A DNA stretch of 9,883 bases, from positions 1-9,883 of IMG/VR virus record IMGVR_UViG_2529292735_000024; one strand, written 5' to 3'. The position numbers and the translations under genes were made by a program. This DNA is from a virus. Taxonomy: Duplodnaviria; Heunggongvirae; Uroviricota; Caudoviricetes. Below, piece by piece: positions 1 to 6,996 of this stretch (positions are counted from its first letter, which is position 1; every line of letters starts with the position of its first letter). The notes under the pieces were generated by a model. That model searched no databases, had not been told where the DNA came from, and saw only the letters and a program-made list of their open reading frames with translations.

Positions 1-761
1 CTTTTCACGAATAACCGCCATCAGGCTGGCGTAATGCGCGTCATTGTGGATGTGCTGGCGCAGCCAGGCTTCATCATGGCGATGTTCGATAATGGTATTG
101 GCGATGTGGTGACTGGTACGCATACCGTTAGTGGCCATCACCGACAGTACGGCATCGGCCATCAGGGAAACGCCTACGTGTGGATCGCAAAACACCTGGC
201 TGATACCTGCCAGTTGCCCCTGAACCTTTGCCACATCCAGCGTGGTTCCGCCCAAATCCACAATCAGCAGGATTCAAACGGACTCATGTCAGCCAGTGCC
301 TTAAAGCCAGCCGGAATGGATTCAGGCATAACCCGCACGTTACGGATAGTGAATGCTTCGCCGTTCTGGTACTCCACCGGGCGCATAACGTTCGCTTTTT
401 TGCGGCTGATGTTGGCCATGTCCGGCTGTGCGTTTGTGTCGAAATACTCGCTCAGTGGCAGGGTGACAACCACATCCACCTCCTGTGGCGTGATGCCTGA
501 TTTGACCAGCGCGTGATGAATGGCAATGACATTCACATCGCTGTACTGGTATTGCGTGTCGGTCGTCTGGACAAAGCGATCGCTGACCGGATCAAAACCA
601 TAGCGCACGCCATCAAGCATGTAGTTCGCGGGCTGCGTGCCACCGAACGGCGCAGACCATTCCGACTTGAAGCTGTTCGGGCTGATGGCGTTGCGGCGTT
701 CGCCGTTCTCAGTCCATGCCAGCTTGATGTTGGTGGAGCCGTCGTCGATACAAATTTTCAT
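1..761 (-). pseudogene. ParM/StbA-family actin-like ATPase, apparently frameshifted, 3' end beyond window start
   Basis: ORF 264..761 (-) begins MKICIDDGSTNIKLAW and continues ...VMPESIPAGF, matching the N-terminal half of plasmid R1 ParM as I remember it. That frame stops at 264..266, but a different minus-strand frame over 1..263 translates as LLIVDLGGTTLDVAKVQGQLAGISQVFCDPHVGVSLMADAV...IIEHRHDEAWLRQHIHN with no stop, matching the next part of ParM (IIDLGGTTLDISQV...GVSL...IIIHRKD). The junction is consistent with a 1-nt loss in a short C/G run near 268..271. RBS AGGAA 7 nt upstream of the ATG at 761. Confidence 0.6.
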
Positions 762-792
762 GTCGCTTTTCCTTATGTTGATTAATTAATCG

Positions 793-828
793 TTTACGGG
801 ATTCTGAAATCCCGTTTTTGCCTGTTTT
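793..828 (+). repeat. Hairpin-containing repeat unit 1 (stem 796..803 / 808..815, then T5), terminator-like on + strand
   Basis: acgggatt-ctga-aatcccgt followed by ttttt, lying between the gene A stop (838) and the parM-like start (761). Imperfect direct repeat of 866..900. Confidence 0.5.
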
Positions 829-837
829 GTGCGCGCT

Positions 838-3678
838 TCATATATCGCTGCGCGTTTTTTGGTCATTTACGGGATTCGTGAGTCCCGTTTCTGTCTGTTT
901 TTTGTTTCCGCTGGTCAGGCCACCCCGCAGCAGGTCTGCTTTGCGGCGGGCGCGTTCAGTGGTTTCACTGATTCTCTGTGCGTGCTCTGCGTCGCGGATG
1001 GCGCGCAGCATGTCAGAAAGCACGGTAACGGGTGTTTTCATGGTGTTCTGGTCTTGCTGAAGTGTGGATGCCAGGCGTGCGGCGGCTTCAGGGTCTGATG
1101 CCCCCAGCTGTGCCAGATAGCTGGCGACTGGGTTATGGCGGATCTCCGTGCTGCTTACGCCATGATTACGGCTCAGGCGCTGCCAGAGCTGCGTGATTCG
1201 GCTGTCCGGGCGGGTATCCGGTTTGCGTACAATTTCAAATCCCTGCGGTGCAATGATGCTGCCGTCAACGTACAGACTGCCGCCCCGTAACAGGTGCTGC
1301 ATCTGTTGTTCACCGATATGCAGGCCGAGAGATTCAGCAGACTCCCGCCATTCTTTAGCGAGTAATTCGTGGTTATCAGGCAAAGGCCGCTGCTGTTTGC
1401 GGCTCTGTGTCCAGCTCTGCATTTCATCACTGCTGTTTTTTGCCTGTTTGTCACGCAGCGAACGCATCAGCGCCCGGCGTTCGTGCCGTTTCAGTGAGCG
1501 CATCCATTCGTTCACTTCAACGCCGTCAGGGAGCTGCGGCCACGGTGCTGGCCGTTCTTCCGGCTGTTCTGTCCCGTTGTTGTCCGTTTCCTGTACACGG
1601 GGACAGTTATTGCCACGAGTCCAAGGGGCGGCAGGGCCGCCCTGAAGGTCAAAACCATTTTCGCGGGCGCTGTCTTCCGCTTCCGGTTTGCGTCTTACCA
1701 GCTTCCAGTTATCCGGATGCGTGCACACACGGGAGGATTCCCCGATGAGTGGTGACCAGATCCCGTAAATCTGTACGCTCTGTTCGCCGTAATCGTTCAG
1801 CTCATCGGCGAGGTCGTAGGCGGTGCGAATCAGGTAGTCCTTGCGTGGAACAAGTACGCCGCCCTGTTTCTCTATGTAGGTGGCAAAACATCCGGCATCA
1901 GCGGCAGCGAGTACCGCATCCATTGCGTCATCCTTCAGCCGTTGCGGGCCTTCCGGGTTGCGTGCCATCTGGCTGGCAAGGCGGCGGAGTTCACGCCACA
2001 CCTGACGGGAGGGGATGCCAAAGAACTGGAACTGGCGGACCCGGTGAAGGCGCGCCCAGCCGATGGCGCGCTCCACGCTCTCGGCCATTGATTTTCCGGT
2101 TTCGTGGTCAACGCGTGGTTTGCCCGTTTTTGGGTCGATGCCATCCACGGCGCGGCTGTCCAGGTTCTTTCCGATGTAGGTGGCGATGTAGCTGGTTGGC
2201 GTGCCTTTTGAGCCGTCTACATACTCCGCCTTAAAGCGCGGAGTAATATCATCGCCCAGCTCGTGACGATCTTCCTGAATGGCAATATCGCGGGTGTGGG
2301 ACACAATGGTGTCGATTTCTTCCGGATGGGCAAAGACCATCATATGCCAGTGTACGGTGCCGTCATGGTGAGGCTCCACCGTGCGGATGCCATACCAGCG
2401 CAGGCCGTCGCGGTTCAGTTTTTTGCGGACCGCCGCAAAAAACGTGTTAACCAGATAATCGCTGGAGTCGCGCATGGTGGCCCCGTTCCATTTGGGGTTC
2501 GGATGACCGTTCTCCGTTGTTGCGTGGTATTTTGACGGGCAGGTGACAGTCAGAAACACCGCTTTGTCACCACGGGCTTCGGCCAGAAGTTCCAGCCCCT
2601 TCATGGTGGCCATCATTTCTGCCTTACGGTGAACCGGGTTACTTACTCCCGCGTAATACACTGTCTCGAGATCAATCGTGAACCCGTCTTCGTTTTCCAG
2701 CATGAAACTTTTCAGGAAATCGCGTGTTTTCTCGCGCTGTGCGCGAAACTCGCTTAACGCGTCCTGGCTCAGATAGGGTGATGTTTTTCTGGAAACCAGA
2801 CAGGCGGCGCGGAGTTGTTCTTCTCTCCACTCGCAACGTAACAGCCACAGTTTGCGTTTCCACCATTCCGCACAGGTCAGGCGAAGGATTGCGCCCGGCA
2901 GCAGCTCCGTGTCCGGTTCGTTCCTCCGGTCTTTGTCTGTTGTCAGTGCGTCATAATGTGGAGGCATGGCGTGCAGGTGTAACGCCATGCGGGCCAGCAT
3001 CTGATACGCCTTCAGCGTTACATCCATGGTCAGTTCGCCATCAGTCGCGCCAAAGCCATCGCAGAGTTTTTCGAAGGTGCTGCTGAACATCGCCGCCGTC
3101 ATGGTGGCCAGCGTCTGTATCTGGTGTTTGTTGAGCTGCGGCAGGTAAAGCAAATCGTCCAGGCGTTCGCGTCCGGCAAGGGAGCGATAACCCGGTGTCA
3201 GCCAGCGGCTGTCGGTGCGGTCCAGACGTTCGAATATTTTGCGCAGGGTTCCGCGTGCATAGCGTTCCGCCTGCCAGCTCTTTTTGCCTTTCTGACGATC
3301 GGCTTCCTGCTTCTTGCGCAGGAAAGAGAGGTGGCGGCTCAGAGGCTCTCGCAGATAAACGGGAAGCGCCTTCAGTGTGGCAAAGGCACGGGCTACCGGG
3401 TCTTGTTCTGTTGCCCGGCGCTTACTGATGATGCTCTGTGCCAGCTTTTCACGCTGTCCGGCTTCCTCAAGGGATGCCATGAGTTTTTTACCCACGGTGG
3501 ATTGTGCGAAAAAGGCTTCTTCCTTCGCTTCCTGTTCTTCCTGTGCCCTTTTGTCCGCCTCAAGGTAGTAACGGATGGCGCGTTGCAGGTCGGTTTCAGT
3601 TTCCTGCCTGCGCTCCGTAAATCTGGCCGGATCAATGGCTGGCCGTGGTTCATTCCAGCTCCATGCAAACTCACTCAT
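838..3678 (-). CDS. A: Replication initiation endonuclease, phage P2 gpA family (HUH rolling-circle initiator), about 946 aa
   Basis: Long minus-strand ORF with motifs LTVTCPSKYH, VEPHHDGTVHWHMMVF (HUH-type metal motif) and TSYIATYIGKNLD (paired catalytic Tyr), as I remember for P2 gpA. Start placed at ATG 3678 (MSEFAWSWNEPRP) because it overlaps the upstream gene's stop as ATGA; the track's start at 3705 is an in-frame alternative. Confidence 0.85.
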   Translation of the reverse strand: MSEFAWSWNEPRPAIDPARFTERRQETETDLQRAIRYYLEADKRAQEEQEAKEEAFFAQSTVGKKLMASLEEAGQREKLAQSIISKRRATEQDPVARAFATLKALPVYLREPLSRHLSFLRKKQEADRQKGKKSWQAERYARGTLRKIFERLDRTDSRWLTPGYRSLAGRERLDDLLYLPQLNKHQIQTLATMTAAMFSSTFEKLCDGFGATDGELTMDVTLKAYQMLARMALHLHAMPPHYDALTTDKDRRNEPDTELLPGAILRLTCAEWWKRKLWLLRCEWREEQLRAACLVSRKTSPYLSQDALSEFRAQREKTRDFLKSFMLENEDGFTIDLETVYYAGVSNPVHRKAEMMATMKGLELLAEARGDKAVFLTVTCPSKYHATTENGHPNPKWNGATMRDSSDYLVNTFFAAVRKKLNRDGLRWYGIRTVEPHHDGTVHWHMMVFAHPEEIDTIVSHTRDIAIQEDRHELGDDITPRFKAEYVDGSKGTPTSYIATYIGKNLDSRAVDGIDPKTGKPRVDHETGKSMAESVERAIGWARLHRVRQFQFFGIPSRQVWRELRRLASQMARNPEGPQRLKDDAMDAVLAAADAGCFATYIEKQGGVLVPRKDYLIRTAYDLADELNDYGEQSVQIYGIWSPLIGESSRVCTHPDNWKLVRRKPEAEDSARENGFDLQGGPAAPWTRGNNCPRVQETDNNGTEQPEERPAPWPQLPDGVEVNEWMRSLKRHERRALMRSLRDKQAKNSSDEMQSWTQSRKQQRPLPDNHELLAKEWRESAESLGLHIGEQQMQHLLRGGSLYVDGSIIAPQGFEIVRKPDTRPDSRITQLWQRLSRNHGVSSTEIRHNPVASYLAQLGASDPEAAARLASTLQQDQNTMKTPVTVLSDMLRAIRDAEHAQRISETTERARRKADLLRGGLTSGNKKQTETGLTNPVNDQKTRSDI
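866..900 (+). repeat. Hairpin-containing repeat unit 2 (stem 869..876 / 881..888, then T-rich tract), inside the 3' end of gene A
   Basis: tttacgggattcgtgagtcccgtttctgtctgtttt aligns to unit 1 at roughly 85% identity, about 73 bp away. Confidence 0.45.
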
Positions 3679-4064
3679 GGCTGGTATCCCATCACGCGCT
3701 GCCACTCCTGCGAGAAGAGGGTGGAAAGGCGGTTAAATTCAGCGGTGTATTCACTCAGCGAGGCACACCCGCCAGCAGTGCGATGCGCCAGCATTGCCGC
3801 GAATACGGAGGCCGGGGAGTCGTAATACGCCAGCAGTGATTCGCCGTGTGGTGTCAGGCAGTGCAACGCCAGCCCGTGTGGTGTGAAGTCCACGCGGTAG
3901 CAGTCGTCTACTGTGAAATAAAGGGTGTCCGCATTCTCCGGTTTTGTAGTGCGTGCTCTGTTGTCACGACCACGGATGTAAAGATCAAATAATCCCTGAA
4001 GAACGGGAGCCAGACGGGTGTCCTGTGTGCGCACCCATCTTGTGAAGTCATGAGCGTCAATCAT
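3675..4064 (-). CDS. Hypothetical early-operon protein (129 aa), translationally coupled to gene A
   Basis: ORF with protein-like composition; its stop overlaps the gene A start (ATGA at 3675..3678). Contains a duplicated TPHG motif encoded by an 11-bp direct repeat. No family recognised. Confidence 0.55.
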   Translation of the reverse strand: MIDAHDFTRWVRTQDTRLAPVLQGLFDLYIRGRDNRARTTKPENADTLYFTVDDCYRVDFTPHGLALHCLTPHGESLLAYYDSPASVFAAMLAHRTAGGCASLSEYTAEFNRLSTLFSQEWQRVMGYQP

Positions 4065-4136
4065 GCTGCAATTCTCTTTACTACAGATGTGCGAAGGCCT
4101 CCCGCCGCAAGGTGCAGGAAAGGCCCGGAACAGGAA

Positions 4137-4367
4137 TTAATGGAGTTTGTTTTGCTGCTGGATGAGCTGCTGAAGCTCGCGCAGATCATCCGCCAGATAG
4201 CTGAAAACAGCGGATGAGTAGAGGTTTGAAAGTTCGCAGCTACGCTCATGCAGCATATTGATGTGCATGATTTTAGCGACGCGGAATGCGCGGGAAAGTC
4301 TGCGGTTGATTTCAGTCTGGATGTGACGACGCTCCGCGATAGCGCGGTGCTGTTTGCGGTTTGCCAT
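4137..4367 (-). CDS. Hypothetical small basic protein (76 aa)
   Basis: MANRKQHRAIAERRHIQTEINRRLSRAF... is charged and helical in character. SD AGAGG sits 9 nt upstream of the ATG at 4367. Function unknown. Confidence 0.55.
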   Translation of the reverse strand: MANRKQHRAIAERRHIQTEINRRLSRAFRVAKIMHINMLHERSCELSNLYSSAVFSYLADDLRELQQLIQQQNKLH

Positions 4368-4375
4368 GATATGTG

Positions 4376-4700
4376 GCCTCTTGTAGTAAGTTGTGAAAAC
4401 TCACCATCCAGAGGTTCCAAGCTCGGGGTGGTGAGACGTACAGGGTTGGAACTACCGGCTACAAGAGATCCCGGCCCGACCGAAATCGGCCCCGTACGCC
4501 CCACCATAATTCGTGTGCGAAAAAGACGTGGCAATACAGTACGCACAAAAAAACCGCTGGCGCGGTTGTGCGCTCTTGTAGTCTGCGGGGTTCCAATCCC
4601 GGCACCCGTTTTATGAGGTGCAGCGGAAATGTAACCTGACTGATTGCGGCATGGCAAGCGGTTTTTTTGTGAGAACGGCATACTAAAAAATCCTGATGCT
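4376..4700 (-). other. Structured non-coding region between the SPFH cassette and the 76-aa gene (candidate leader or regulatory RNA)
   Basis: About 330 bp without a convincing ORF. The 9-mer ctcttgtag occurs at 4378..4386 and 4573..4581 and its complement ctacaagag at 4459..4467; ggttccaa at 4413..4420 and 4589..4596 with ttggaac at 4446..4452; A7 at 4547..4553, T7 at 4662..4668, A6 at 4685..4690. Confidence 0.4.
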
Positions 4701-4703
4701 GCT

Positions 4704-4728
4704 CCGGCCAGCGGTTTCCACTGGCCGG
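4704..4728 (-). terminator. GC-rich hairpin just downstream of the SPFH gene stop (possible terminator or RNA-stability element)
   Basis: ccggccag (4704..4711) pairs with ctggccgg (4721..4728), 9-nt loop with two more possible G-C pairs. On the sense (minus) strand a U6 tract follows only after about 14 nt, so it is not a canonical intrinsic terminator. Confidence 0.4.
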
Positions 4729-4734
4729 GTTTAA

Positions 4735-5565
4735 TTACTTCACCGGAACAAACGGAACAGCGGTATTACTGGTCATGTATTGCGGCAGCGTGCCGTTCCA
4801 TTTGTTGATAGCTTCCAGCTCCATAACGCCGGGGTTCTGGCGCAGAGCTTCACCGCGCAAACGAATGGCGTCGGCTTCAGCCTGGGCTTTTGTGCGAATG
4901 GCATCAGCCTGTCCGGCTGCTTCTGCGCGTAGCATGTTGGCTTCTGCTTCGCGCTGCTTGACTTCCTGTTCGCGTTGCAGAGTTTTCTGGTTTGCCGTGA
5001 CTTTGGCATTAATGCTGTCGATAACGGTTGGTGGGTATTCCGGTTTACCGACATAAGAGAGGCTCATTACCTGAATGCCGATAGGTGTCATTTCTGCCTG
5101 AATGTCTTTAAGTGCTGAATCCAGCAGTTCAGACTTGCCACCGTCGATAAACTTATCGGTGGTCATTTTGCTGGCCAGTCGGTTGAGTGCATCGGCGATC
5201 TTTTGGCGCAGGTCAGTGTCGGTAATGTCATCCACGCCTTTGCGGTAGGTCTGAAACACTGTGGTAACTTTGGATGGATCAACCTTGTAGGCCACACCGA
5301 TGTGATAGCCGATGGTTGTGCCGTCACTCATCTGAAAGCTGAATGGCTCATCGTAGGTCTTCATTTGTTTGAAGGTCGGGAAGATGTAAACCTCGGTATT
5401 CCAGCCTGTCCAGTAGCGGCCAACGCCAACCACTTCACCGACGCCTTTATCGTCGCCCAGTTTGTTGACTTTGATGCCCACATTACCTGGCTCAACGCGA
5501 TCGCAACCAACCAGCAGGATGGCGGCAAAAAGCGGGATAATCTGAAAGAGTTTGAATTTCTTCAT
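4735..5565 (-). CDS. SPFH/Band-7 (stomatin/prohibitin/HflC-like) domain lipoprotein, 276 aa
   Basis: N-terminus MKKFKLFQIIPLFAAILLVGC is a signal peptide with lipobox LVGC. The body has an SPFH-like core followed by an A/E/Q/R-rich coiled-coil tail (REQEVKQREAEANMLRAEAAGQADAIRTKAQAEADAIRLRGEAL). SD AGGAA 8 nt upstream; start overlaps the upstream stop as ATGA. Confidence 0.8.
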   Translation of the reverse strand: MKKFKLFQIIPLFAAILLVGCDRVEPGNVGIKVNKLGDDKGVGEVVGVGRYWTGWNTEVYIFPTFKQMKTYDEPFSFQMSDGTTIGYHIGVAYKVDPSKVTTVFQTYRKGVDDITDTDLRQKIADALNRLASKMTTDKFIDGGKSELLDSALKDIQAEMTPIGIQVMSLSYVGKPEYPPTVIDSINAKVTANQKTLQREQEVKQREAEANMLRAEAAGQADAIRTKAQAEADAIRLRGEALRQNPGVMELEAINKWNGTLPQYMTSNTAVPFVPVK

Positions 5566-5765
5566 TGTTTGATTTCCTTGATGTACTTACTGAAAAGGCG
5601 AACAACGCCTGCCGGGTACAGCATGGCAATGAAAATGCCCAGCAATACCAGGAAGGAGCTGTCTGATGAAATCATTCGGGGGAGTAGTCCTGCATACAGA
5701 ATGAGAGAAAAGAGGACGCATACCAGCGCCCACATGTATGCGCGAAACCAGGTCCTTTCGTTCAT
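5562..5765 (-). CDS. Small two-TM membrane protein (67 aa), partner of the SPFH lipoprotein
   Basis: Two hydrophobic segments (WALVCVLFSLILYAGLL and FLVLLGIFIAMLYPAGVV). ATGA overlap with the upstream gene at 5762..5765 and with the SPFH gene at 5562..5565. Confidence 0.65.
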   Translation of the reverse strand: MNERTWFRAYMWALVCVLFSLILYAGLLPRMISSDSSFLVLLGIFIAMLYPAGVVRLFSKYIKEIKQ

Positions 5766-5980
5766 GTCGGTTGCTCTCTTTTGTTATTCAGGAAAAAGTC
5801 AAAAACGTTATCGATGCGCATCATGAGTTCGCGCTGCATCGCTTCTGGTGTTTCTGGTTCGCCAGGTGATCCAAACCCAGCGAAGAAATCACCGATCTCG
5901 CTTTGAATGAGTTCCTTTAGTGTTGGCGGGGAGCTCAGGCGTGTGCGGCGATGTCTGCGTGTAATTCTCCTTCTGTTCAT
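5762..5980 (-). CDS. Small protein with arginine-rich N-terminus (72 aa), first gene of the SPFH cassette
   Basis: MNRRRITRRHRRTRLS... followed by an acidic/hydrophobic C-terminal part. SD AGGAG 8 nt upstream of the ATG at 5980 but embedded in a hairpin. Coding status less certain than its neighbours. Confidence 0.5.
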   Translation of the reverse strand: MNRRRITRRHRRTRLSSPPTLKELIQSEIGDFFAGFGSPGEPETPEAMQRELMMRIDNVFDFFLNNKREQPT

Positions 5981-6019
5981 CCGTGTGACTCCTGTAACTG
6001 TCGGACAGGGCTCACACGG
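5981..6019 (-). promoter_or_regulatory. Stable hairpin abutting the start codon of the cassette's first gene, occluding its SD
   Basis: Outer stem ccgtgtga (5981..5988) / tcacacgg (6012..6019), inner stem cctgt (5991..5995) / acagg (6005..6009), 9-nt loop. On the minus-sense RNA the SD aggag (complement of 5989..5993) lies within the paired region. Confidence 0.45.
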
Positions 6020-6095
6020 AATGGCAGTGATTTTTGGGTAGACATTCTTTGTACGGCAGTCGTCAGTTCACGTGGTTCCTGGTGGTTGATGGTGC

Positions 6096-6362
6096 TCATG
6101 CTCTGGCTTCCTTCAGTAGCTGGTTAAACATGTGGGTTAGTGGGTTGCCACACCCGAACGGCATCGGGTTTACGTGGTAAGAAGCCTGGCCTCCAGTTTT
6201 GCGAGCGCGACCACCTGTGCTGCGGTTTGTTCTGATGACTAAGCCGCCGCGCCAAAGTTGGCGTAACTCAGCATTAATGGCTGTGGTTGGAGTATTCAGT
6301 GCTGCGGCGATCTCTCCGCCGCTACACCCCGGATGAGTAGCGATGTAGTCCAGAATGGTCAT
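6096..6362 (-). CDS. Hypothetical protein, possible HTH/winged-helix DNA-binding protein (88 aa)
   Basis: MTILDYIATHPGCSGGEIAAALNTPTTAINAELRQLWRGGLV resembles an HTH recognition region. ATGA overlap with the upstream gene at 6359..6362. Confidence 0.55.
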   Translation of the reverse strand: MTILDYIATHPGCSGGEIAAALNTPTTAINAELRQLWRGGLVIRTNRSTGGRARKTGGQASYHVNPMPFGCGNPLTHMFNQLLKEARA

Positions 6363-6562
6363 CTGCGTGGCTCCTGTACCTGTCGGATAAGGTTTACCCG
6401 CGCCACATTAGTGGCGCAGAAGTAAGTGCCGTCAGTGAGGTAGATGTGGTGTGCATCCTTTTCCGAACGATGTTTGTCGATAGTGGTAATCAGGCGTTCG
6501 TCGACCTCGTATTCGCGCCCTCTGGAGGTAAAGCGAACGACGGGAAAATGCTTAATTGCCAT
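6359..6562 (-). CDS. Hypothetical early-operon protein (67 aa)
   Basis: ORF with a G-rich SD (aaggggg) upstream; translationally coupled to the downstream 88-aa gene. Confidence 0.5.
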   Translation of the reverse strand: MAIKHFPVVRFTSRGREYEVDERLITTIDKHRSEKDAHHIYLTDGTYFCATNVARVNLIRQVQEPRR

Positions 6563-6585
6563 TGCGCCCCCTTTGTCCAGTAACT

Positions 6586-6996
6586 CTATGCGTTAAATAC
6601 GGTGCACTGTGCGTCATCAATGAATGCGACTTGAGAGCGCTCTATCAGGCGGAGATTTGTCAGAATTTCTGATTCCCTTATGGGGTGAGGAGTGATCAGG
6701 TATTTATCCTGTAACCCGGCGATAATGGTGTATCGCTGTAGCTCCGAGCCAATTGTGTAAATAAGGCGTCCGGTGTTAGACAAATCCAGTCCGGTGACTG
6801 GTTGTGTTCTGAGAACCGCCAGTTCAGCATCCTGTTTTGCGATAATTTCGGCTGCTTCTGCCGTGACTCTTGCGACTATCAGTGTGTGGGTTGCGACGTC
6901 CATATGTGCATTTGCCACGGCTTTTTTCGCTACTTCGTTTTCTGTCTTTGAAATTTCTTTCAGTGCTCTGATGATACCTTCTTCTTTTGCGTGCAT
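6586..6996 (-). CDS. Hypothetical early-operon protein (136 aa)
   Basis: Strong SD GGAGA 8 nt upstream of the ATG at 6996; protein-like composition; no family recognised. Confidence 0.6.
   Translation of the reverse strand: MHAKEEGIIRALKEISKTENEVAKKAVANAHMDVATHTLIVARVTAEAAEIIAKQDAELAVLRTQPVTGLDLSNTGRLIYTIGSELQRYTIIAGLQDKYLITPHPIRESEILTNLRLIERSQVAFIDDAQCTVFNA

Noticed and set aside
34-516. Plus-strand ORFs 34..516 (160 aa) and 228..500 (90 aa)
   Set aside because: They lie antisense to the ParM-like coding sequence, which has recognisable homology in both of its frames. No RBS or family resemblance; treated as shadow ORFs.
1193-3825. Several plus-strand ORFs inside gene A (1193..1645, 1407..1748, 1749..2234, 2263..2535, 2724..3086, 3124..3825) and minus-strand 1173..1454, 1935..2144, 2672..2866, 3393..3674
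   Set aside because: All are embedded in or antisense to the gpA-family replication gene, which has clear catalytic motifs. Their translations are Arg/Cys/Ser-rich and low-complexity, as expected of alternate frames in a GC-rich gene.
4425-4603. Possible tRNA or tRNA fragment (T-loop-like ggggttccaatcccgg at 4587..4602; 80-nt segment 4425..4505 flanked by ggtggtg and ccccacc)
   Set aside because: No complete cloverleaf could be built by hand: acceptor pairing is imperfect, there is no CCA or discriminator context, and T-loop position 57 would be a pyrimidine. The integrase's attachment site should lie beyond the right end of the window, not here. Kept only as part of the structured-region finding.
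4061-4681. 206-aa minus-strand ORF spanning the structured intergenic region and overlapping the 76-aa gene
   Set aside because: The translation is S/T/R-rich with low-complexity stretches (SFSSSSSSKTNS). It overlaps the better-supported 76-aa gene in another frame and the start of the 129-aa gene. The open frame more likely reflects the composition of a structured non-coding region.
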